From: Podarcis gaigeae
Lineage: Eukaryota
Length of the DNA: 64,000 nt
Assembly: GCA_964106915.2 (NCBI GenBank)
Contig: OZ066917.1
Strand: one strand, 5' to 3'
The notes under the pieces were generated by a model that was not told where the DNA came from, made no database searches, and was given only the letters and a program-made list of their open reading frames with translations. The position numbers were made by a program, and so were the translations under genes. Below are positions 39,436 to 50,226 of this stretch, in pieces (the stretch's first letter is position 1; every line of letters begins with the position of its first letter).

Positions 39436-39450
39436 CCACTAGAGGGCACC
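39436..39450 (+). promoter_or_regulatory. Candidate CTCF site in IGSF11 intron 4
   Basis: CCACTAGAGGGCACC matches the CTCF core consensus CCASYAGRKGGCRS. Confidence 0.5.
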
Positions 39451-39737
39451 CAGTACTCTAAAGGCTCAGTTGCTTTCGTTATTTTGGACAGTGTATTTTC
39501 TCCCTATTCTTTATTTTTAGTGAGTTTCTGCACTTATCACAGCAACATTATCACTCCCCTCCCCGCTGTGACCTTCTTGGATCTGGTGTTTCCTGCCCTG
39601 AAACCCAGGTAGTCCATCAGCAGTTTGGGATAGACCACATAAAGTTGTGACCTTAGTGCCAGCAGAACAAGTGAAGGGAAAATTAGACCAACTCTCTTGG
39701 AAAATGCAGTTGTAGGGTGGGGGGATGCAATGATCAC

Positions 39738-39893
39738 CTTGTGTGGCTGTCGGGGGCAGCTTGGGGGCACTGTCCAGTCTTTCCCAGTAATAGGTTGGCC
39801 GAGGGATGCCTTCTTCTGAACTGCATGTCAGTGTGATGTCACTGCCAATGTTCAAAGAGCCCTGAATTCTGCAGACTGGGGCAGATGGAGGAA
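39738..39893 (-). CDS. IGSF11: IGSF11 coding exon 4 (N-half of Ig-C2 domain), 156 nt
   Basis: (V)[51 protein letters not shown]. Acceptor ttttcttcctgcag, donor AAG|gtgatc; phase 1 to 1. Confidence 0.95.
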
Positions 39894-40933
39894 CTGCAGG
39901 AAGAAAAGATGGCAGAGCAACAGTTAGGTCAGGAGCTGCGTTCAACAGAAAAGTGTGACCAGTCAGGACTCTAGGCCCTGGAGGAGGAGGGGTGGGAGAG
40001 AAATTCAATTCAGTTCGCAACTGAAGGTGAACTTACAGATTTCACATTCCCCCCTAAAAAAAAATATCCTTCAAAATTTGCAGCTGTATGAATTTTGTAA
40101 TGTGGTTCCCCAGCCAAGTAATCTGTACAAAAATGAAGAGTGCATATACTTGCATATTTTAGGGAAAATCACATACAAAAATCCATTGTATTAGGGGAAA
40201 TTGCAGAAATGTGTATATTAGACAAAAGTGCATAAAAATGTTTATGGTAGGATGAATTTGAACACAACTGCTAATTTTCATTGGGACTTTATTTGGGGGG
40301 AAGTTCAAACTGATAGAGAAATGTGGAGAAATGAACTTAAGGATTGGAATAATGGAGTATGGGTAGATTTGATTTGATTTTTTAAAAAAGAGAGAGAACA
40401 AAAAGGCAGGCTGAGAAAACAAAAGATACAGATGGCTTAAGACTAATAGGGGAAGCAACAGGCGAGGTCACCTGCTAAGGCTTTTGTAGCTAGTGAGCCA
40501 GCTCAGTCATAACTGCTGACTTAATTGTGGCCATTTTCGATTAGTGTCCTCTACGGGGAAGAACAACATCTGCAGCTCCCCACCAGCTTATACAATAAAG
40601 ATATCATTAAAACTTTTTGCTTTAAGCCAATTCTGGTAGCAGAATGAAGATGGGAGGTTTCATGTTATTCCTTTTGCAAAATGATAACACAACTGTTGAG
40701 AAAAATAAGATACGATAACTTTGGAAACATCAAGTAATTTTTTCAATTAAATATTAGGGACATGATAAAAGTGAACCAGATACATGCATTCCCTCGTTTC
40801 TCCCACTTGTATTTAACACAGCAAGTACCACAACTGCTGTCAGTACTTAAACTGGAATGAGCATGTTTTGCTCAACTGCATAGACTAAGGAATTTTGTGG
40901 AAATGGTCAGTGAGCCTCTCCTCCTGTGATGTC

Positions 40934-40934
<1 letters not shown>

Positions 40935-40971
<37 letters not shown>
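40935..40971. repeat. (AGT)n microsatellite
   Basis: Direct reading. Confidence 0.95.
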
Positions 40972-41322
40972 ATATCATAAATACTTCAAAATATTGGGCA
41001 GAAAGTTGATAAATAGTAGAACTGATCTGAATGTTTGGTGGATTCCAGGGTGCTGTTTTTGAAAGGATTAAGAAGAGAAATCGTTTCTGTAGGTTGGGGC
41101 CTAAAGTAATACAGTAATACAAGGTAGTGGTCTGAGGGCTGCTGGCTTACCTTTAAGGAAGTTTTTTAAAAATAGTAATAATATGAAAGACACATAAAAT
41201 CTACCACCTCATATTATTTTACATTTATGAAGTATACACCGTAAGTCAAATTACTTTCTTCCTCCTCTATCAATGGCAATGAATTCCCCCTTTAATTGGA
41301 AACAAAGGTTTAATGAAGGGAG

Positions 41323-41687
41323 CAAAGGTAAAGGTAAAGGTACCCCTGCCCGTACGGGCCAGTCTTGACAGACTCTGGGGTTGTGCGCCCATCTCACTTA
41401 AGAGGCCAGGGGCCAGCGCTGTCCGGAGACACTTCCGGGTCACGTGGCCAGCGTGACATCACTGCTCTGGCGAGCCAGAGCCACACACGGAAACGCCGTT
41501 TACCTTCCCGCTGGTAAGCGGTCCCTATTTATTTACTTGCACCCGGAGGTGCTTTCGAACTGCTAGGTTGGCAGGCGCTGGGACCGAGCAGCGGGAGCGC
41601 ACCCCGCCGCAGGGATTCGAACCGCCGACCTTTCGATCGGCAAGTCCTAGGCGCTGAGGCTTTAACCCACAGCGCCACCTGCGTCCC
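41323..41687 (-). mobile_element. Sauria SINE, second (CpG-rich) subfamily, in IGSF11 intron 3
   Basis: Diagnostic gtacccctgcccgtacgggccagtcttgacag; TSD aatgaagggag at 41312-41322 and 41688-41698. Confidence 0.9.
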
Positions 41688-42649
41688 AATGAAGGGAGTA
41701 CCCCACCCTAATAAATTGTCTGTTTATGTGAGGAAAGTAAAAGTTGACTGAGGCAAAACAATAAATAAAATAAAAATCCCTAAGGCCCCAGGAACATTTT
41801 AGCCCCACTCACTTGACTCTTCTTGGTTGGCCAGGAATCAATCCAGCCCATGGACTGAAAGGCCCTACTCTACTTCATTGGGTTTACAGCCTGGTAAATT
41901 GGCCTCCAAGAGTTCCACGTAGGATGAATCACCAGTCAGCAGACCCTTTAAAATCTGAGGCTCAGAGCCCAATTCTCAGTCTGTGCCACTTGTCTGAAAT
42001 GTGAGGTCCCTGACAAACTCCTCCTCTTTCTCCTCATTGCTGTCTTGAACCACGGCCTCTGTCTAACTTAATTTTCGGCTGGCCTCTTAACTCCACAGAC
42101 CCTGATCAGCCTTCCCTGGAATTCAGCCTCACTTGTTTTGGACAGTGCTCCTGTCTCCACCCTGTGGTTTGGATCTTTGCACACGTCACTCACAGCAGAC
42201 CCCTGTTAAGTGATGGCAGGAGCAGAAGCTTAGATCTAGAGAGCCAAGGTTTGCTTTCTCCCCATGCTAATTAGGCTTCTTTCCCTAAAGGTCACAAAGA
42301 CACAAAATAGAAACGTCTGCCCGGTGCACCTTTTCCTGTCACCATGTACTACAATGGGAAAAGCCACTTGAGGTGAAATTCTCCTCTGCAAGAATACATC
42401 CAGTGCTTTCTGATACTTGTTACAGTATGTGAACGAGAGGGCAAGCTCCCTTGTTTCGTTTTTAGGCTTACACCCCTGAAGGTCTAATATTCCACCATCT
42501 GAAAGTAGTTTTGAACTCACAAGCCCAACATTTTGTCCCACCTGTGCCATTATGTAGCAGACTAGCTATTTCAAATTTCAAGGAAAACCAGCCTCCTGTT
42601 TCAGGCTTTTCATGATTATCAGTGGTCTGGAATAGAGCAAAGCACATAC

Positions 42650-42857
42650 CCAAGACGTTGAGCCCAATGACTCCAATATTCCGGCCACCTCGGTCTGGTA
42701 GATTGTTGACCAAACACTGGTAAGTCCCAGTGTCTGACAGCTGGGTATTGTTGATGAAGATGGAGGCACTGGTGGTTGGCATCGTCATTGCAAACCCCAC
42801 TCGCCCATAAAACTGGGGTGCACCATCAAAAATCTGACCACCCTGGTAAATAATAAC
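42650..42857 (-). CDS. IGSF11: IGSF11 coding exon 3 (C-half of Ig-V domain), 208 nt
   Basis: [69 protein letters not shown] with the DTGTYQC Ig motif. Acceptor tttgtttttcag, donor G|gtatgt; phase 0 to 1. Confidence 0.96.
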
Positions 42858-43514
42858 CTGAAAAACAAAGATATGACACTTCTCCTTAACAAAGCAATGG
42901 TTAAAAGAGGACTTGTTCACTCATTATACAGAGGCTTCAGTGTCCTGTGGTTTTAGTGCAATTAAAACACAACAATTGTGTTCTGAGGGTAAGATAAGCC
43001 ATATGGAGCTCCTGGGTACTTACTACGCACTGCTGCTACTTTTGCTACCATGGAGAAGTATTTGCACAATAGATTTAAAAGATATAGGGGAAACCACAAT
43101 GAAGTGTTCCCCTAAAGGGAAGAGTCAAGCCTAGTCAATTTTATATGTCTTTCTATTTAGAAGGAGGACACAAAAAGGCTTATAAGCAGGGAGGGAGTTT
43201 GCATATCTCCCTCCTCTGCATTTTGGAGTTCTGGAATACATGGTCTCATTTCCAAAGTGGAACCGATGCATTAGGAACCCTTCTCTGTTACTATTTTATA
43301 TTTGCAAATTTTGTACTGAGTATTGAACATGGTCTGTTCTTTCACATTCACCCACCCACACATAAAAACGATGTGCAGAATGCATTAGGGGAAAATAAAG
43401 CGGCTTTTATGCATTTGCATCAAGATTCATTTTTGTGTGCCGTTTTACTGTTTTGCATGTGTTATTTTACGTTTTGGTAAATCAGCACAAGAAAAAGCAG
43501 CAGTATTTACCAAC

Positions 43515-43515
<1 letters not shown>

Positions 43516-43552
<37 letters not shown>
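43516..43552. repeat. (GT)n microsatellite
   Basis: Direct reading. Confidence 0.95.
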
Positions 43553-43554
<2 letters not shown>

Positions 43555-43569
43555 CAATTCAAATGTATA

Positions 43570-45258
43570 CGTATTGATTGCTTTGGTCGCCCCATATCAT
43601 GACCTCTGTCGAGAGGGAAATGTGTCCCTGTTAATTCTTCTCGACCTCTCAGCAGCTTTCAATACCATCAACCATTGTATCCTTCTGAAGCAACTGCTGA
43701 ACTAGGGGTTGGTGGCACGGCCTTGCGGTGGTTCCAGTCCTACTTGGATGGTCATTCCTTGAGGGTGTTGCTTGGGGAGTGCTTTTCAGGCCTGTGGAAC
43801 CTTCAATGTGGGGTTCCGCAGGGCTCAAACCTATCCCCCATTGTTGTTTAACATCTACAGGAAACCGCTGGGTGGGGTTATCTGGAGGTTTGGAGTATGT
43901 TGTCAGCAGTATGCTGATGACACTCAGCTCTATTTCTCCTTTACATCCGCAGCTGAGGCAGTGGAAGTGCTGGACCAGCGTCTTGCCTCAGTAATACACT
44001 GGATGAGAGCCAACAAACTGAAACTCAATCCAGGTAAGACTGAGGCACTGCTAGTGGGTGGGAGAACGCCTGCTCTTAATGGGGTTACACTTCCTCTGAA
44101 GGAGCAGATTTGTAGCTTGGGGGCACTCCAGGATACTTGAGGCTCAGGTGGCCTCAGTGGCCCAGAGAGCATTCCACCAGCTTTGGTTGGTGGCCCAGCT
44201 ACGTCCCTATCTGGACAGGGATAGCCTAACTACTGTTGTCTATACTCTGGTAACCGCAAGGTTAGATTACTGTAATGCGTTATGCATAGGGCTGCCTCTG
44301 AAGACAGTTTGGAAACCTCAGCTAGTGCAGAATTCAGCAGCCATGTTGCTCACTGGAGCAAGACGGTTTGAGTATATTATACTGATCCTGGTCCGATTGC
44401 ACTGGCTACCAATTAGGTTCCTGGCCCAATTCCAAGTGCTAGTTTTGACCTATAAAGCCTTAAACAGCTCAGGACCACAATACTTCAAGGACTGCCTCTT
44501 TCCATATGAACCTACCCAGACTTTGAGATCATCTTCTGAGGCCCTTCTTCGTGTGCCTCCTCCTCGAGAGGTCTGGAGGGTGGCAACACGAGATCGGGTC
44601 TTCACTGCAGTGGCTCTCCCTCTGCGGAATGCTCTCCCCAGGGAAGTTTGTCTGGCACCTTCATTATACACCTTTAAAGGTAAAGGTAAAGGTACCCCTG
44701 CCCGTACGGGCCAGTCTTGACAGACTCTGGGGTTGTGCGCTCATCTCACTTAAGAGGCCAGGGGCCAGCGCTGTCCGGAGACACTTCCGTGGCCAGCGTG
44801 ACAAAGCTGCATCTGGCGAGCCAGAGCCACACACGGAAACGCCGTTTACCTTCCCGCTAGTAAGCGGTCCCTATTTATCTACTTGCACCCGGAGGTGCTT
44901 TCGAACTGCTAGGTTGGCAGGCGCTGGGACCGAGCAGCGGGAGCGCACCCCGCCGCAGGGATTCGAACCGCCGACCTTTTAATCGGCAAGTCCTAGGCGC
45001 TGAGGCTTTAACCCACAGCGCCACCTGCGTCCCTTTATACACCTTTAGGCACCAAGCAAAAACGTTCCTTTTTAACTGGGTCTTTGGATGACTTGATTAA
45101 CATCCTATGCCTTTTTAAAATGTGAGTTGTTGGGGGTTTTTTGGGGGGGCTTATTTTGTTGTAGTTGCTATTTTGATTATGTATTTTGTAGTTTTATATT
45201 TTGATTTTATTCTGTAAAGCATCCTGAGACCGCTGGGTATAGGGTGGTATATAAATTC

Positions 45259-45299
<41 letters not shown>

Positions 45300-45305
45300 T
45301 AATAA
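43570..45305 (+). mobile_element. L2-clade LINE 3' portion (degenerate RT), interrupted by a Sauria SINE, with (AAT)n tail
   Basis: Frameshifted motifs LLILLDLSAAFNTINH, QYADDTQLY, NKLKLNPGKTE, RLDYCNAL, LHWLP. Confidence 0.88.
44677..45033 (-). mobile_element. Sauria SINE, second subfamily, inserted into an L2 fragment
   Basis: Near-identical to 41323-41687; TSD ttatacaccttta at 44664-44676 and 45035-45047. Confidence 0.9.
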
Positions 45306-46440
45306 TTTCTTCATGTATTCCAGTGTATTTCAATAACAAGCATAAGCCTGAGTTTGCATTCATTTTAAAAAATGAAACAAAATGAAACAAATTATCTATA
45401 AAATAGGGACCCTTTGTCCCACCTATCTGAAATCTGACAAGTCTGATGTAATCAAAAAAAGATGCACAGGCATAGCCTAACTGTTCCCTCTCTCCTCCCC
45501 CTCCCCCAGAAACCTTTCTATGACCTGTATAGGCTATTCCAGCAGAATTCAATGTAAAGAAATGAGAAAAAACTAGATTTTCAATTGAATTTCATTTTAT
45601 TTCCTACCAGTAGACTGTAGGCTGTTATTGGAAAGTATCAGAGTTAAAGGAAGTAGAAAATTAGCTGGGCGTCCCATCAAAAGCAAATAGGAATAAGGTA
45701 AGGAAAATGAATAAACAAGTTCCAAATCAGTCATGAAATAGAATGAAAAGCAAATAAATGCATAACTAAACAAAAAAGAATGCAGTAACTAAATTATTCC
45801 ACCATCAACCCTCTGCATGCCTTTCTCCAGATTTAGGCCCTTTCACCAATCATTCCTGTACTATATCTGATTATCTGAATACTACATCAAGTGAGTTATA
45901 AGTCTCTGCTCATGCTCTTACTTCTTAGCAACACTCAGTGGCCTGTTTGGCACCACAAGGCTCAAATCAGAAGTTCCTCATACGGAATTTCCTCTGTCTG
46001 CTGCACTCCTACACCATAGGGTATGGGTAGCCAATGCTGTAGTCTCCAAAATTTCCTGGACTCCAACTCCCATTACCTCTGATCATTGGCCATGCTGGAT
46101 GTGGCTGAACACAGAGAAGATATCCGAAACACCAACAGTCAATGTGTGGGTCTCAGAAACATATGCTACAGAAACTCCCCAGAGCTTCATCAGACACACT
46201 TGTAAGATGTCCATTCACACATTGCAGCCAAAAAAGGGCATTTGTGGCTATAGTCTGGCTGCTTTCCACATTTTCAGAACGTAATTGGGGGAAACCAGCA
46301 CAACTGATGCAGCACTAGATTGTAAACCGAAGGGCAAGTCTTCTGTTATCTGCATTAATTTATAAGCCATCTTATGAGCCTATTGTTGGGGGGGGGGGGG
46401 TTGGCCAACTAGTTCTGTGTTTCCCCCAAGAGTCTGGTAC

Positions 46441-46604
46441 CTGTTCAGGTTGGTTGGCATTGGAGAGTGGCGTGACCATCCAAATGACGTTAAGGTTATT
46501 AAGCGCAGCACTGGTGGTAAAAGTACAGGGCAGGACCGCCGTCTGGCCCCGAGCAACTTCAACACTCCTTGTGTTCATGAACACTTCCAGGGGACTCACT
46601 AGAC
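46441..46604 (-). CDS. IGSF11: IGSF11 coding exon 2 (end of signal peptide + N-half of Ig-V domain), 164 nt
   Basis: Translates (G)[54 protein letters not shown], recognisable as IGSF11/BT-IgSF. Acceptor ttctttacag, donor CAG|gtacca; phase 1 to 0. Confidence 0.95.
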
Positions 46605-47313
46605 CTGTAAAGAAAGAGGCACCAAGGTGACATGCTGCATTTATCCAGGAGACCATTTTTCAACCTTTGCCTGCAATGACATACATACTTAGTAGGTGCA
46701 CAAATGCGAGAGCGAGCTTCCCATATTCCCTGCTGTGACCCTGAACATCCTCACTTCCTCTCCTGTTTTCCCTCCCCTCCCCGCAATGAGGCCACTGCTT
46801 TGGCCCACTTTCCAAGACTTTCCACTGTCTGGAGCAATCCAGGACAGTCTGTGGCGCCTCTCTGGCTCTTGGTGCGCAGGATGCAGGAGGCATATAGAAG
46901 ACAAAGATTCGTATTGCTAAGCTAAATAGCAGCTGTAGGGCTACAGATGGGGATGGCGCACACAACAACTGCTTCTGACAGGTAAACGTAGGAAAGGTGG
47001 CAAGGGAGTATGGAGGAGGAACGTATGCTGAGTTTGCATCTGCTTTTGTTGGGACAGGCTGGTTCTGAGGCGCAAATGAATGCAGCACCATAGAAGTGCA
47101 CAAAGCAAAAGCAAAATGAAAAAAGGAACTGCTCTCAACAAGCTCCTTGTTCGAGCCATGCCTTCCACCACCGCCACCATTTGTTATTTCCAGAGTCTTT
47201 AACTAGTGCTGAGCACTTTACAAGCTTTATAATAATTCACAACAGTTCTTGCCCACAGGCTTACAATCCACTACATTTATTTACACCCCACAACCTATTT
47301 GCATTCAGAAATA

Positions 47314-48806
47314 CAGTGGTGCCTCGCAAGACGAAATTAATTCGTTCCGCAAGTCTTTTCGTCTTGCGAGTTTTTCGTCTTGCGAAGCACGGTTTCCCAT
47401 AGGAATGCATTGAAAATCAATCAATGTGTTCCTATGGAAACCGCCTTCAGACCAGGTCCGGGGACAGTCTGTCCCCCGACCTCTTCTGAAGGCCGGCGGG
47501 GGGGGGGGGAAGTATTTGTTTCCCCCGCCTGCCTTCCCGGGACAGCGGAGACTTCTCCGCTGCCCCGGGGGATCTTAAAATGCTGGCAGGCGGCAGCGAA
47601 TGCTTCGCTGCCGTCCCCCAGCATTTTAAAAGCCCCCGGGACAGCGGAGACTTCTCCGCTGTCCCGGGGCGATTTTAAAATGCTGGCGAGCGCCAGCGAA
47701 GCCTTCGCTGCCGTCCCCCAGCATTTTAAAAACCCCAGGACAGCGGAGGACTTCTCCGCTGTCCGGGGCGATCTTAAAATGCTGGCGGGCGGCAGCGCTG
47801 CCGCCCGCCAGCATTTTAAAATCGCCCCGGGACAGCGGATGAATTCTCCGCTGTCCCGGGGCGATTTAAAAGCCCCCGGGAAGGCAGGCATGGGGGACAA
47901 AGACTTTTGCCCCCCTCCAGCCTTCAGAAGAGGTCCAGAGGGCTCTCCAAGCTGCGGATAGCAGCCTGCTGCCCCGTGCGAGGGGCGCTCTGCTTAAGAG
48001 CGCCCCTCGCGCGGGGCAGCAGACTGCTATCCGCAGCCTAGGCGGGAACTCTTCTGAAGGCTGGCGGGGGAGAAGGGCTTTCCTCCCCACCGCCAGCCTT
48101 CAGAACAGCCTTCTGAATGTTGGCGGTGGGGAGGAAAACCTTCCTCCCACCGCAAGTCTTCAAGACAGGTCCGGGAACAGAGGAGAAGCGCTGCGCACCT
48201 TCCCCTCTGTTCCCGGACCTGTCCTGAAGGCTTGCGGTGGGAGGAGGGCTTTCCTCCCCACCGCCAACATGCAGAATGCTGTTCTGAATGTTGGCGGTGG
48301 GGAGGAAAAAGCCTCCTCCCACCGCAAGCCCCGGGAACAGAGGAGAAGCGCTGCGCACCTTCCCCTCTGTTCCCGGACCTGTCCTGAAGGCTTGCGGTGG
48401 GAGGAGGGCTTTCCTCCCCACCGCCAACATGTAGAATGCTGTTCTGAATGTTGGCGGTGGGGAGGAAAAAGCCTCCTGCCACCGCAAGCCCCGGGAACAG
48501 AGGAGAAGCGCTGCGCACCTTCCCCTCTGTTCCCGGACCTGTCCTGAAGGCTTGCGGTGGGAGGAGGGCTGCGCACCTTCCCCTCTGTTCCCGGACCTCC
48601 CACCGCAAGCCTTAGGACAGGTCCGGGAACAGAGGAGAAGGCACGCTGCGCTTCCCCGCTGTCCCCAGAGATTTCCCTATGGGCTTTCGTCTTGCGAAGC
48701 AAGCCCATAGGGAAATTCGTCTTGCGAAGCCGCTAAAAAATCGGAAAACCCTTTCGTCTTGCGGGTTTTTCGTTTAGCGAGGCATTCGTCTTGCGGGGCA
48801 CCACTG
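47314..48806 (-). mobile_element. Same family, 1493 bp, inverted relative to copy A (copy B, IGSF11 intron 1)
   Basis: TA TSD (47312-3, 48807-8); reads as the reverse complement of 36107-37482 with module gains/losses. Confidence 0.88.
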
Positions 48807-49252
48807 TATATTTATCCTAGGGAAGGGCCTTTTTGGTAGTGGCACCTGCCCTGTGAAACACCTTCCCATCAGATGTCAAACAGATAAACAACTACACAAC
48901 TTTCCAAAGACCTTTGAAAGCAATCTTGTATCAGGAAGTTTTTTATGTTTGATGTTTTGCTCTTTTTTTTCCAAACAAACAATTTATATTAAACTTTTGA
49001 TTTACAAAAGTACATGCCTTGTCTTTTTTTCTGGTTGTAGAATCTTTTTTTACATTTGAAGTGAGTCGTTAGTGTTGTATACAGAATGAAATTGGGGAAA
49101 AAGAAGGGGGAAGCTGGGGTGGTGTGGTAACACTTGGTATACATGTGGGATTTTTATTCTCTATCTGTTCATTTATTATATTTCCTTGGAAGTGTTTTTA
49201 TTATGTTGGAAGTCGGTCAGTGTGGCTGGGGCAACCCAGTCAGATGGGTGGG

Positions 49253-49253
<1 letters not shown>

Positions 49254-49295
<42 letters not shown>

Positions 49296-49302
49296 CATTA
49301 TT
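49254..49302. repeat. (ATT)n microsatellite
   Basis: Direct reading. Confidence 0.95.
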
Positions 49303-49314
49303 ACCATCATCATC

Positions 49315-49490
49315 TTAGCTCAGTGGTAGAACATCTGCTTTGCACACAGGTTCAGTCTCAGGCACCCCCAGGTAGAACAGATAATGTATCCAGTCTGAAG
49401 CCTTGAACAGCCACAGACAGTCAGTGTAAATATTGCTGAGCTAGATGATCAACTGCTGGACTCCATACAGGGCAACTTCCTATGTTCGTA
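49315..49490 (+). mobile_element. Squam2-like SINE
   Basis: tagctcagtggtagaacatctgctttgca...cagtcagtgtaaatattgctgagctagatg...cttcctatgttc. Confidence 0.65.
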
Positions 49491-49984
49491 TCTTCTGAAT
49501 CCTAACAGCAGAATTCCCACTAAAAGAACCTTAAATACCTGAGGCCCAAACCAGATGAGACATCAATACCATGCAATTAGCAATAGCTTTTTTAAAAAGT
49601 AAACTGAAGACATGAATGTCCTCATCCATAATGGGACAATGAGGCAGGGGTGTGTGTCAAAGGGTTAAACCTCCCCTGCCCTCCCCTGCCAGGGTCCCAA
49701 TCCAGATTAGCTCCTGTTCCTGCACCTGTAATTTATTCAAAAGCTAACCACACAATCGCTGTGTGATTAACATCTCATCTAGTTTGACCTCAAGTCTACT
49801 GATTCTCCAACCAAGGTGTAATCACCAGCTATTTGCATAAATGTGATTAAATGGCAAACTAGGAGTGAGCAAACTTCTTTCCCATTCAGAATGAGTTGAG
49901 ACACGTTGGATTATTTATCTGGACTTCTAGGTGAAATCTGAATAGTTTTAGATAGTCAAAACCACCCCCTTGCACTCATATGTA

Positions 49985-50226
49985 CAGTGGTACCTCAGGT
50001 TACAGATGCTTCAGGTTACAAACGCTTCAGGTTACAGACTCCGCTAACCCAGAAATAGTGCCTCGGGTTAAGAACTTTGCTTCAGGATGAGAACAGAAAT
50101 CGCGCAGCAGCGATGCGGTGGCAGCAGGAGACCCCATTAGCTAAAGTGGTGTTTCAGGTTAAGAACAGTTTCAGGTTAAGAACGGACCTCCAGAACGAAT
50201 TAAGTTCTTAACCCAAGGTACCACTG
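49985..50226 (-). mobile_element. Tigger-like MITE, same family as 26411-26641, opposite orientation
   Basis: TA TSD; cagtggtacctcaggttac...cccaaggtaccactg. Confidence 0.85.

Noticed and set aside
46941-47180. ORF with signal-peptide-like MARTRSLLRAVPFFILLLLCALLW just upstream of exon 2 as a possible exon 1
   Set aside because: No credible phase-1 splice donor after the hydrophobic run; the hydrophobicity derives from a T-rich low-complexity tract.
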